Shown piece after piece: positions 1 through 8,235 of a DNA stretch of 27,629 nucleotides. Below the pieces are notes generated by a model. It was not told the DNA's origin, did not search any database, and saw only the letters and a program-made list of their open reading frames with translations. Positions within the stretch are counted from its first letter, which is position 1; the number at the start of each line of letters is the position of its first letter. The translations under genes and the position numbers were made by a program. The stretch comes from Thermoguttaceae bacterium (GTDB lineage: Bacteria > Planctomycetota > Planctomycetia > Pirellulales > Thermoguttaceae): the NCBI GenBank assembly GCA_017447745.1, contig JAFSMW010000106.1:1-27629 (forward strand). Direction: 5' to 3'.

Positions 1-1
1 C

Positions 2-1621
2 GTTGCGGAAGAAATCGCCAACGCCTGGACGAATTTTGACCTCTGCCCCAAGCCGGAAGTCGCGGGACCCGGGTTTCTCAATATTCGCATTAACAACGCC
101 TGGCTGGAAAAGAGCGTTCAAGCGCAGCTGACTGACGAACGCCTGAGCGTCCCTGCCGTTGAAAAGCCCCGGACAATCGTTATCGACTATTCCGCGCCGA
201 ACGTCGCCAAGCCGATGCACGTCGGGCATATTCGCTCCACGTCCATCGGAGACGCGCTGTACAAGATTCTGAAATTCCTCGGACACAACGTTATCAGCGA
301 CAACCACCTGGGCGACTGGGGAACGCAGTTCGGCATGATTATCTGGGGGTATCGCCGATTCCTCAACCCGGAAGCGTATCAAGCCAATCCGGTGGCGGAA
401 CTGACCCGAATATATCGGCTGGTTCGTCAGCTTGTAGACGAAAAGAAAACGGTTAAAGAGGCAGTAGGCAGTAGGCAAGAGGCAGTAGATTCGCCTGACG
501 GCGATCAGCTGGTCGGCGACGCCGTTTTGATGGAGACGTCCAAACTGCATCACGGCGACGAAGAAAACCTCGCTCTGTGGAAACAGATCATGCAGTCCTG
601 TTACAAGGAAATCGACAAGGTCTACAGCCGGCTTAAAGTTCGATTCGACTACACGCTGGGGGAAAGCTCGTATCAGCCGCAGCTGGAACCGCTGGTTGAA
701 AGCATGATTGCCAGCGGGCTGGCGCAGGTCAGCGAAGGCGCCGTTGTCGTGTTTAACCCGGAAATTTCCGAAGCCCCGTTTTTAATCCGCAAGCGCGACG
801 GCGCGTTTATCTACGGCACAACTGACCTCGCGACGCTGGAATATCGCAAGGCGCATTTTCATCCGGACGCCGTGTTGTACGTTGTCGATTCCCGTCAGGC
901 GTTACATTTCCAGCAGCTTTTCCGCACGTGGCGGCGCATGGATCCCGCTAACGAAAACGTCGAACTCAAACACGTCTCGTTCGGCACCGTTATGGGCGAC
1001 GACGGCAAACCGTTCAAAACCCGTTCCGGAGACACGGTCGGGCTGGAAAGCCTTCTGGACGAAGCGGAATCCGCCGCATGGAAAGTCGTCGAGCAGTCGC
1101 AGGCGTGTCAGTCCATGACGGAAGAACAGCGGCGCGACGTCGCCCGAAAAGTCGGAATCGGCGCGTTGAAGTACGCAGACCTGAGCCAAAACCGCGATTC
1201 GGACTACGTCTTTTCCTACGAAAAAATGCTTGCCATGAACGGCAACACAGCAACGTACATGCAGTATGCCTACGCCCGCGTCAGAAGCATTTTCGACAAA
1301 GGCGGAATCGACGTCGAAGCGTTCCGAAAATCCAATCCGGCTATCGTTTTGACTCAGCCGGCAGAACGCGCTCTGGTTATCGAACTGTCACGGTTTGAAG
1401 AAGCGCTGCTATCTGCCGTTTCCGACTACCGACCCAATCAGCTGACGTCGTACCTGTTTGAACTGGCGGCGCGGTACTCAACGTTCTTTGAACGCTGTCC
1501 CGTTCTCAAAGCGGAATCGGAAGAAGCCAAAACAACCCGACTGGCTCTGTGCGACCTGACCGCTCGAACAATCCAAAAGGGCTTGGAACTGCTGGGAATT
1601 GAAACGGTAGAAAGAATGTGA
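2..1621 (+). CDS. argS: Arginine--tRNA ligase (ArgRS), 5'-partial (gene starts before window)
   Basis: Reading frame is open from the window edge. Translation from nt 2 gives ...IVIDYSAPNVAKPMHVGHIRSTSIGDA (class I HIGH motif region) and GDWGTQFGM. Length and C-terminal anticodon-binding-like region fit ArgRS. Track ORF 215..1621 is the same frame from an internal Met. Confidence 0.9.
   Translation, partial: VAEEIANAWTNFDLCPKPEVAGPGFLNIRINNAWLEKSVQAQLTDERLSVPAVEKPRTIVIDYSAPNVAKPMHVGHIRSTSIGDALYKILKFLGHNVISDNHLGDWGTQFGMIIWGYRRFLNPEAYQANPVAELTRIYRLVRQLVDEKKTVKEAVGSRQEAVDSPDGDQLVGDAVLMETSKLHHGDEENLALWKQIMQSCYKEIDKVYSRLKVRFDYTLGESSYQPQLEPLVESMIASGLAQVSEGAVVVFNPEISEAPFLIRKRDGAFIYGTTDLATLEYRKAHFHPDAVLYVVDSRQALHFQQLFRTWRRMDPANENVELKHVSFGTVMGDDGKPFKTRSGDTVGLESLLDEAESAAWKVVEQSQACQSMTEEQRRDVARKVGIGALKYADLSQNRDSDYVFSYEKMLAMNGNTATYMQYAYARVRSIFDKGGIDVEAFRKSNPAIVLTQPAERALVIELSRFEEALLSAVSDYRPNQLTSYLFELAARYSTFFERCPVLKAESEEAKTTRLALCDLTARTIQKGLELLGIETVERM
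458..505 (+). repeat. In-frame copy of the heptamer-array + hairpin element inside argS (gaggcagtaggcagtaggcaagaggcagtag + attcgcctgacggcgat)
   Basis: Matches the intergenic copies at 1620-1647, 15976-16006 and 23960-23980 (reverse complement). Translated as EAVGSRQEAVDSPDGD. The only unit that would put TAG in the argS frame is the GAG variant. Confidence 0.7.
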
Positions 1622-1680
1622 GTTAGGCAATAGGCAAGAGGCAGTAGTTTAAAAGTCCCTACTGCCTACTGCCTACTGCC
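1620..1680. terminator. Heptamer-array hairpin element between argS and ligA (arms gagttaggcaataggcaagaggcagtag / ctactgcctactgcctactgcc)
   Basis: Imperfect ~22-bp inverted repeat with an 11-nt loop. The left arm starts inside the argS TGA (TGAGTTAGG). TAG/TAA stops appear in all three frames within 34 nt of the stop. Confidence 0.5.
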
Positions 1681-1689
1681 TTAAATGCC

Positions 1690-4068
1690 ATGGACGAACG
1701 AGAACTATACAACCAACTCAAAGCCGAGATTCGTCATCACGACGAACTGTATTACCTCAAGGCGCAGCCGGAGATATTAGACCACGAGTACGACGCGCTC
1801 ATGCGTCAGCTCAAAGACCTCGAGGCGGCGCACCCGGACTGGGTTACGCCCGACAGTCCAACGCAGGTCGTCGGCGGCGAGTACCCGGAACCGCAAAGCG
1901 ACGCTGCGCTCGCGCCGGAGGTGGAATACAATCTCTTTGGGGAGGTTATCGAACCGGAAAAGCCCAAAGCGACGTCTAAGAAAAAGGCTCAACACGTCGC
2001 GCCGGCGCCCGTTTCGCAATCGGCCAAGCTCAACCGCGTCGTTCACGCCGTTCCGATGCTGTCGATTGACAACACGTATTCCGTCGGCGAGCTGGACGAC
2101 TGGGCGATTCGAACGCAAAAGTATCTTTCTCAGCGAACGTCCAACGATAAAATCGAGTGGGTTGTCGAACCGAAAATCGACGGCGTTTCCGGCGCTCTGA
2201 TCTACAAAAACGGAACGCTGTTACAGATGGTAACTCGCGGCAATGGTCAGGAAGGCGACGACGATTCCGCCAACGCGTGCATGCTGACAAACGTCCCGCA
2301 GACGCTGCAAATCGACTATGCCTCCGCGCCGGAACTCAAGGAGCTGGACTCGATTGAAATTCGCGGCGAAATCTTCATGACAAACGACAATCTGGTTGAG
2401 CTGAACCTGATTCGAGAGAAGGAAGGCGAGCCGCCGTACGCCAACACGCGCAACCTCACTTCCGGTAGCATTTCTCTGGGATACGACGACAAAGGGCAGG
2501 ATATTTTATCCATCGACCCGAATCAGTTTGACAATCAGGCGGACAGAAACAAACTCCTGCGGGATCAGGAAAAAGTTCGGCTGGAACGCTCTCGGCGCAA
2601 GCTGGGATTTTATTGTCACAGCATCGGGCGCACGGACGGATTGCCCGTCAAAACGCACATGGATTTCCTCAATCTCGTTTCGACCTGGGGACTCCAGCCG
2701 ACCCCGATGGCGGCGGTTTTCGACTCCTTCGACAAAGTTAAACAGCATTGCGAAACGATGATTGAAAACCTCGACCAGTTCGACGTCGAAATTGACGGGC
2801 TGGTCATCAAGGTCAACTCGCTGGCGCAGCGGGAAATTCTCGGAACGACGATGAAGTCGCCCCGCTGGGTTATCGCGTACAAGTTCCAAAAGTACGAAGC
2901 GCCCACAACGGTGCTGGGCATTCGCGTTCAGGTCGGGAAAAACGGGACGATTACCCCCGTCGCCGATGTAACGCCGGTGGAAATTGCCGGAACGACGGTC
3001 AGCCGGGCAAGCCTTCACAACTTCGACCAAATTGCAGAAAAAGACATCCGCGTCGGCGACGTCGTCATCATGGAAAAGGCGGGCAAGATTATTCCTCACG
3101 TCGTTCGAGCGGAAAAGCATCTGCGAAAGCCGGACGTTGAACTGAAGCCGTATCAGCCGCCGACGCACTGCCCGGTTTGCGGCTCCCCGCTGGTTAAAGA
3201 TGTCGACGCGGTTTTCCTGCGCTGCGTCAATCCGGATTGTCCCGCTCAGCTCAAGGAAAAAATTCGATTTTACGCCAGCCGAACCGCGATGGACATCACC
3301 GGCTTGGGCGACAAAAACGTCGAAGCGATTGTCGACGCCGGGCTGATTGAAACCTTCGCCGACATCTACCGTCTTAAAGACCGACGGGCTGAACTAATCA
3401 ACGTTTTTTACAAGCCAACGGACAAGGACTTGGAAAAGGCGAAGGCGTCGGGAACGGACTGGGCGCCCAAGTCCACGGCAACGGTCGACAACCTTTTAAC
3501 GGCGATTGAGAACAGCAAATCCCGCCCGCTGTCGCTGCTGATAACCGCGCTGTCGATTCAACACGTCGGAAAAAAGACAGCGACGATTCTCGTTCGGACG
3601 TTCAAAACGGCGGAAAATCTGCTTTCCGCAACCGTAGACGAGCTGTCACAAATCAACGACGTCGGACCGACCATCGCTGCGTCCGTTTGGAACTTTTTCC
3701 ATCTTCCCGACGGCTCCGACGCTCACGGCGCGACGGTTCTCAAGGAACTGCTCGAATTAGGCGTCTCTCAAGTTGAATCCGTTCCGGAAGAAGACAACGA
3801 CAACGCAACTTCGCTGGAAGGACAGACAATCGTTGTAACAGGGACGCTGGAAAAGTTCACGCGTCAGGAGATTGAAGATTTGATCGTCAAGCTCGGCGGT
3901 AAGGCGTCGTCGTCTGTATCCAAAAAGACGGCGTTCGTCGTAGCAGGTAAAGAGGCGGGCAGCAAACTGACCAAGGCCCAGCAACTGGGCGTTCCCGTCC
4001 TGACGGAACAAGAATTTCTGGACAAGATTGGAATGTCGAATGAAGAACAAAATCCACAGCTATTATAA
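1690..4068 (+). CDS. ligA: NAD-dependent DNA ligase LigA
   Basis: KxDG adenylation motif (EPKIDGVS), MLSIDN, and a Cys4 zinc finger (CPVCGSPLV...CVNPDCPAQ). HhH region and C-terminal BRCT-like segment (IVVTGTLEKFTRQEIE...). 792 aa, with two lineage-specific insertions relative to ~670-aa LigA. Confidence 0.95.
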   Translation: MDERELYNQLKAEIRHHDELYYLKAQPEILDHEYDALMRQLKDLEAAHPDWVTPDSPTQVVGGEYPEPQSDAALAPEVEYNLFGEVIEPEKPKATSKKKAQHVAPAPVSQSAKLNRVVHAVPMLSIDNTYSVGELDDWAIRTQKYLSQRTSNDKIEWVVEPKIDGVSGALIYKNGTLLQMVTRGNGQEGDDDSANACMLTNVPQTLQIDYASAPELKELDSIEIRGEIFMTNDNLVELNLIREKEGEPPYANTRNLTSGSISLGYDDKGQDILSIDPNQFDNQADRNKLLRDQEKVRLERSRRKLGFYCHSIGRTDGLPVKTHMDFLNLVSTWGLQPTPMAAVFDSFDKVKQHCETMIENLDQFDVEIDGLVIKVNSLAQREILGTTMKSPRWVIAYKFQKYEAPTTVLGIRVQVGKNGTITPVADVTPVEIAGTTVSRASLHNFDQIAEKDIRVGDVVIMEKAGKIIPHVVRAEKHLRKPDVELKPYQPPTHCPVCGSPLVKDVDAVFLRCVNPDCPAQLKEKIRFYASRTAMDITGLGDKNVEAIVDAGLIETFADIYRLKDRRAELINVFYKPTDKDLEKAKASGTDWAPKSTATVDNLLTAIENSKSRPLSLLITALSIQHVGKKTATILVRTFKTAENLLSATVDELSQINDVGPTIAASVWNFFHLPDGSDAHGATVLKELLELGVSQVESVPEEDNDNATSLEGQTIVVTGTLEKFTRQEIEDLIVKLGGKASSSVSKKTAFVVAGKEAGSKLTKAQQLGVPVLTEQEFLDKIGMSNEEQNPQLL

Positions 4069-4077
4069 CAGTTCTGT

Positions 4078-4641
4078 CTAAAGCGTCTGCGATTTTTCAT
4101 AAACATCGTATAGTTCAAAGAAAACCTCGCGGAGGCTGCCGTTGTGCTTCGTCAAAAGAGCTTCCAGGTTTTCAGGCGGTTCAGAGCCGGTAAGCGTTCG
4201 AACCAGCTTTTGGGCGGTTTCAAGATCAGCGCTCGTTTCCAGCAGCGTCGGCAGCCCAAACGAGACGTGCGACGTCGTCAGCAGCCCAACATGACGCCAT
4301 CGGGTTGACAGGACGATCCACCAACGGCGCCAAAACGGAAGCTGTTCGAAACCGTCGAGAATCAAAATGGAATCGCGCCGCAGCGTTTGCAGATTCTTTA
4401 GTTCACTTTTGTCAAACGAGTGGAGCGTTACAAGATGAACGGCCAGCCCGCGAGCGGCGAGTTCTTTTTGGATTGCAATAACAAACGTAGACTTTCCCGT
4501 CCCGTGCGGTCCGATAACCTGACCCCGTTGACCGTTAGATAAAAAACAATCCGCATAGTACGAAATCGACTTGCCGGGTGCGCACTGATACGCGATCGCT
4601 CCCGGACGGATAAACTTCGTACTAAACGGATTGCTGAACAT
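4078..4641 (-). CDS. Small P-loop NTPase (AAA-like), function unknown
   Basis: Walker A GPHGTGKST and a Walker B-like ILILDGFEQ; 187 aa. The ATG directly follows the 12-bp palindrome GGCGAATTCGCC (4642-4653). Convergent with ligA. Confidence 0.6.
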   Translation of the reverse strand: MFSNPFSTKFIRPGAIAYQCAPGKSISYYADCFLSNGQRGQVIGPHGTGKSTFVIAIQKELAARGLAVHLVTLHSFDKSELKNLQTLRRDSILILDGFEQLPFWRRWWIVLSTRWRHVGLLTTSHVSFGLPTLLETSADLETAQKLVRTLTGSEPPENLEALLTKHNGSLREVFFELYDVYEKSQTL

Positions 4642-4710
4642 GGCGAATTCGCCTGATTAGTTAGAATGATTATTTGGCGTTGGAAAGGATTGGTCTTTTC
4701 TCAACGCTTC

Positions 4711-6684
4711 TCAGAAATCAACGTCGTCATCCTGAATATCGACGTTGTCTCCAATTTCAAAGTTATCATCGTCATTATTGCCTACGTTGTCTTTATTGTC
4801 AGCGGCGTCTTCTTCAACGTCAGCATCGTCTTCAACGTCAGCATCGTCTTCAACGTCAGCGTCGTCTTCAACGTCAGCATCGTCTTCAACGTCAGCGTCG
4901 TCTTCAACGTCAGCATCGTCTTCAACGTCAGCATCGTCTTCAACGTCAGCGTCGTCTTCAACGTCAGCGTCGTCTTCAACGTCAGCGTCGTCTTCAACGT
5001 CTGCGTCGTCTTCAACGTCTGCGTCGTCTTCAGCGTCTGCGTCGTCTTCAGCGTCAGCATCGTCTTCAACGTCAGCATCGTCTTCAACGTCAGCGTCGTC
5101 AATGTCAACGTCCTCGTCAAAATCGTCGTCGAGATCTTCTTCGTTAACAATCAGTTCACCAAATTTCTCTGTAAGCGTTTCAACGAGGTAATCGTTTCGG
5201 AATTCAGTGGAGAACACTTTTCCGTCATTACCGACCAAGACCATACACGGCAGAGCAATAATTCCGTAGTATTCGCTGATGCTAACGCTGTCAACACGAG
5301 CATCCTTTTCCCACATATTAATCCAGGGGAATTTGTGTCTCTTAACGAACTTTGCAACCTGTTTTTTGTTTTGGTCCAAAGCAATGCAAACGATCTCAAA
5401 CCCTTTGGCTTTGTAGGCTGGATAGGCGCGTCTTAAGTATTTGAATTCTTCCATACTGGGCGGAATGGACGGCGACCAGAAGTAGACCAAAACGGTCTTG
5501 TCTTTCAGGTCAGCCATGTTGAACTCTTTGCCGTCAATTGTCTTTCCAGTTAGCGGAAGTTCTTTTCCTTTGAGAGTAAGGCGTTTGGCAGAACCGCGCA
5601 TTGTTTTAACAATTTCCTGAACCTTGGCGTCCTGAATGTTTTCAAAGGCGACAGCGTATTTTTCATAACGTGCGGCAGCGGCGGCGGTATCAAAAACTTC
5701 TTCGGTAAAAGCGGTCTGGAAAGCGATTGCAACCACCTTCAGATTGGCTTTCTCGCCGTAATCGGCAATCATGTCGTCAACAGCTTTAGCGGTTTTATCA
5801 AACTTGGCTTTGTCATTTTGAGCAACCGATTCTGACAGCGCGCTGGCAAGCTTGCCCATGAAGATGTCTTCAACCATATCAGACAAACCGGCTTCTTTGA
5901 TTTCTGCAATAACCGCTTCAAAATCTGCAGAATTGTCAACGCCTTTGAGCTGTCCGAGTCCTTTGATGCAAATCAGCTTAATCAGGTACAGACGCTGAAG
6001 CTTTTCTTTGTTTTCCGCAGGCGTCTTTTGGATGGTTTGACCTGTCTGCTCGATGATTTTTTCAACATCAGAATAATCGTTCGTCTTTTTGGCGTCCTGG
6101 AACGTCAAAGTAATCAATCCCATGACAATATCGTCTGCGAGTTGGGACTGTCCGATTTTTTCGAGCTGACCCGGCATGGAGTACAGTTGAACTTTCGCGT
6201 CTTTATCACCCGCCTTAATAAGAATTTGCAAACTCTTAATTTTTACGGCAACCGCACGCTGAATCTGTTCGACAGTTGCGTCTTTATGTTCAATGACCTT
6301 ATCAGCCGCCGCAACTTGAGCTTTACACAGCTTGGTGTAATGAGCAATCATTTCTTCCCGCGACTGGTCTGCAGGACGTTTGATGAGCATGAGTTTTTCG
6401 ATAAAAGCCAGATATTCTGCCGGCGTTCCGTTTTTTGGGACGGGGTATGCCTCGGAATCAACGCTCTCCTCTTCAAGAGCCTCTTCGACGTTCGCTTCCG
6501 CTTCTGTTTCTTCAGCGGGTGTTGTATCTTCAGCGGGAATCTGAGATTCGGCATCCTCAGTCTGTTCTGCGTTTTCAACAGCAGGCGCAGCGTCGGTCGG
6601 AACGGGAGCGTCGTCTGCAAAGCAGGACGCCATAAACAGGGTCATAGCCAAAAAGGCGGCTATATTCATCAATGTACAACGCAT
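4711..6684 (-). CDS. Secreted/lipoprotein-like protein with a CXXC-less thioredoxin-fold (TlpA/redoxin-like) domain and a poly-acidic (DDADVE)n tail
   Basis: Signal peptide with a lipobox-like MASC. An acidic N-terminal linker is followed by a ~320-aa helical region. The redoxin-like segment reads KTVLVYFWSPSIPPSMEEF...ALPCMVLVGNDGKVF; the WCxxC position is replaced by WSPSIPPS. About 16 DDADVE repeats lead to a terminal DDDVDF. SD AAGGAG lies 8 nt upstream of the ATG. Confidence 0.7.
   Translation of the reverse strand: MRCTLMNIAAFLAMTLFMASCFADDAPVPTDAAPAVENAEQTEDAESQIPAEDTTPAEETEAEANVEEALEEESVDSEAYPVPKNGTPAEYLAFIEKLMLIKRPADQSREEMIAHYTKLCKAQVAAADKVIEHKDATVEQIQRAVAVKIKSLQILIKAGDKDAKVQLYSMPGQLEKIGQSQLADDIVMGLITLTFQDAKKTNDYSDVEKIIEQTGQTIQKTPAENKEKLQRLYLIKLICIKGLGQLKGVDNSADFEAVIAEIKEAGLSDMVEDIFMGKLASALSESVAQNDKAKFDKTAKAVDDMIADYGEKANLKVVAIAFQTAFTEEVFDTAAAAARYEKYAVAFENIQDAKVQEIVKTMRGSAKRLTLKGKELPLTGKTIDGKEFNMADLKDKTVLVYFWSPSIPPSMEEFKYLRRAYPAYKAKGFEIVCIALDQNKKQVAKFVKRHKFPWINMWEKDARVDSVSISEYYGIIALPCMVLVGNDGKVFSTEFRNDYLVETLTEKFGELIVNEEDLDDDFDEDVDIDDADVEDDADVEDDADAEDDADAEDDADVEDDADVEDDADVEDDADVEDDADVEDDADVEDDADVEDDADVEDDADVEDDADVEDDADVEDDADVEEDAADNKDNVGNNDDDNFEIGDNVDIQDDDVDF
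4810..5105 (-). repeat. 18-bp coding minisatellite (gtcagcatcgtcttcaac and variants, ~16 copies) encoding DDADVE repeats
   Basis: Direct reading. Units differ mostly at synonymous positions (gca/gcg, gat/gac), with occasional V->A changes. It also generates the spurious repeat ORFs 4666..5436, 4674..5147, 4745..5191 and 4782..5150. Confidence 0.9.
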
Positions 6685-6797
6685 GGTTCTCTCCTTGTGG
6701 CGATGTGGTGAATAGTTGCGAGTAGCGAGTTGCGAGAGAAATTGTGTAAGGCGTATGCTTTCTCTTGTTTCGTGCTGCTCAATAGCTTCTTTATTAT

Positions 6798-6826
6798 ATA
6801 TTACCAGAAAACACCTAATTTGACAA
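6798..6826 (-). promoter_or_regulatory. Sigma70-like promoter candidate for the 4711..6684 gene (minus-strand -35 TTGTCA, 17-nt spacer, -10 TAATAT)
   Basis: Plus-strand sequence reads atatta(6798-6803)-17 nt-tgacaa(6821-6826). It lies ~115 nt upstream of the ATG at 6684, in an AT-rich patch. Confidence 0.35.
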
Positions 6827-6890
6827 GAGGAATTTTGGCTATTGTCCAGTTTGGGCGTTGCGAAAGATTAGATTTTTTGAGGCGCTTTGA

Positions 6891-6948
6891 CTCATCACTC
6901 CTCACTCCTAATTCCTAACTCAAACCACTCCCTATACTCTATTCCCCT
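6891..6948 (-). repeat. Heptamer array (CCTCACT/CCTAATT/CCTAACT ... TATTCCC on plus strand) overlapping the umuC-like stop codon
   Basis: The minus-sense strand reads TAGGGGAATAGAGTATAGGGAGTGG...GAGTTAGGAATTAGGAGTGAGG. The umuC-like TAG stop is the first TAG of the array. Confidence 0.7.
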
Positions 6949-8206
6949 ATTTTACTATCGGCAGATCGTCCCATTCGGTCGTGTATCGCGGGGACGTGTT
7001 TTGCTGGACAGATTTCCAGGAATCGTCTAAAAGCTGAGTTCCGGTCATGACAGAACTGCGACCGAACTTTTCGTTGAGTCGGTCGAGGGTTTTCATCAGT
7101 CCGGCGCGGCGTTCCAGTTCTTCCGGGTCGTCGAAAAAGGTCAGCTGGGCGCGATTGACAGCGGCGGAGGACAGGTCAATAAGGATGATTCCCGCTTTCT
7201 GATAGGCGTAGTTGGGCTGAAAGATTTTGGCAAGTCCGTCAAGAGCCGCCTGAGTCAGTACAAGCGTATCGCTGGTGGGACGTCCAAGCGGAACGACGGT
7301 TGACGCTGAATATTGCGCCACCGGTCGAAACGGGCTGGTGCGAATATAGACGTCAATAGCGCGGGCGACCTGCCCCTGTTCCCTCAGCTTTTCCGCCGCG
7401 CGGGAAACGAACGTCGAAATTGCGGAAGAAAGCGCGTCGAATTCGTATCGCGGCTTGCCGAACGTGCGTGACGTCTGAATGCTTTTCGCCGTTGGCGGGG
7501 ACTGCTGGTTGCCCAGACAGGATTCCCCGTTGAGTTCCCGAACCATCGCTTCCTGGATGACGGTAAATCGTTTGCGAATTTGAACCGGGTCTTGCTGAGC
7601 GAGGTCAAACGCCGACCGGATTCCCATTCGTTCCAGCTTGACCGACAGCTGACGTCCTACGCCCCAGACTTCTTCCACTGGAAAGCGTTTCAGAACGTCG
7701 ATTCGCTTCGATTCGTCCAGCAGCAGACAGGTTTTTACGCCATCCATTTTCGCCTGGCGGTTGGCGACTTTTGCCAGCGTCCGAGTCGGGGCGATTCCAA
7801 TGGAAATCGGAATGCCCGTCCAGAGCTTGACGCGGTCAACGATAGACTCAGCAAACTCCGTTGTAACGTTTCGCATTCCCGTCAGGTTCAAAAACGCTTC
7901 GTCGATAGAATACTGTTCAATTTCCGGAACCGCAGACGCCAGGGTTTGCATGACCCGCTGGCTCATGTCGCCGTACAGAGCGTAGTTAGAAGAAAAGACG
8001 GCAACGCGATTGGCGCGGCAGAATTCCCGAATCTGGAAAAACGGCGCGCCCATGGCAATTCCAAGCTGTTTCGCTTCCCGACTTCTGGCGACAACGCAGC
8101 CGTCGTTGTTCGACAGGACAATAACAGGGCGTCCGCGCAAAAACGGCTTGAACGCCGTCTCGCACGATGCGTAAAAACTGTTACAGTCAGCCAGAGCAAA
8201 GAGCAT
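6947..8206 (-). CDS. umuC: Y-family DNA polymerase, UmuC-like (error-prone translesion polymerase)
   Basis: The N-terminus MLFALADCNSFYASCETAFKPFLRGRPVIVLSNNDGCVVARSREAKQLGIAMGAPFF is near-canonical UmuC. The track ORF extends to 8383 only by reading through the upstream repeat; the true ATG is at 8204-8206. No umuD/LexA-like gene is adjacent. Confidence 0.8.
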   Translation of the reverse strand: MLFALADCNSFYASCETAFKPFLRGRPVIVLSNNDGCVVARSREAKQLGIAMGAPFFQIREFCRANRVAVFSSNYALYGDMSQRVMQTLASAVPEIEQYSIDEAFLNLTGMRNVTTEFAESIVDRVKLWTGIPISIGIAPTRTLAKVANRQAKMDGVKTCLLLDESKRIDVLKRFPVEEVWGVGRQLSVKLERMGIRSAFDLAQQDPVQIRKRFTVIQEAMVRELNGESCLGNQQSPPTAKSIQTSRTFGKPRYEFDALSSAISTFVSRAAEKLREQGQVARAIDVYIRTSPFRPVAQYSASTVVPLGRPTSDTLVLTQAALDGLAKIFQPNYAYQKAGIILIDLSSAAVNRAQLTFFDDPEELERRAGLMKTLDRLNEKFGRSSVMTGTQLLDDSWKSVQQNTSPRYTTEWDDLPIVK

Positions 8207-8235
8207 GGGGGATGTATGGGAACAGAAGTGGATTT

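Noticed and set aside
1014-1398. Nested ORFs inside argS and ligA (882..1118, 902..1189, 1014..1253, 1078..1398, 1777..2118, 1937..2200, 2030..2290, 2157..2357)
   Set aside because: They overlap conserved synthetase and ligase coding sequence in other frames, and their products are Arg-rich low-complexity strings.
4642-4653. GAATTC-centred palindrome as a cloning-vector or assembly artifact
   Set aside because: The flanking sequence is continuous with native genes on both sides, and the palindrome halves are the same TTCGCC/GGCGAA motif used by the native element hairpins.
4666-5436. Track ORFs 4666..5436(+), 4674..5147(+), 4745..5191(+) and 4782..5150(-) with low-complexity products (NVSIVF.., RLQRQH.., SSTSAS.., TLKTML.. 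repeats)
   Set aside because: All are alternative-frame or opposite-strand readings of the 18-bp minisatellite. The real coding frame is the minus-strand 4711..6684 gene, which has a signal peptide, a domain body and an SD.
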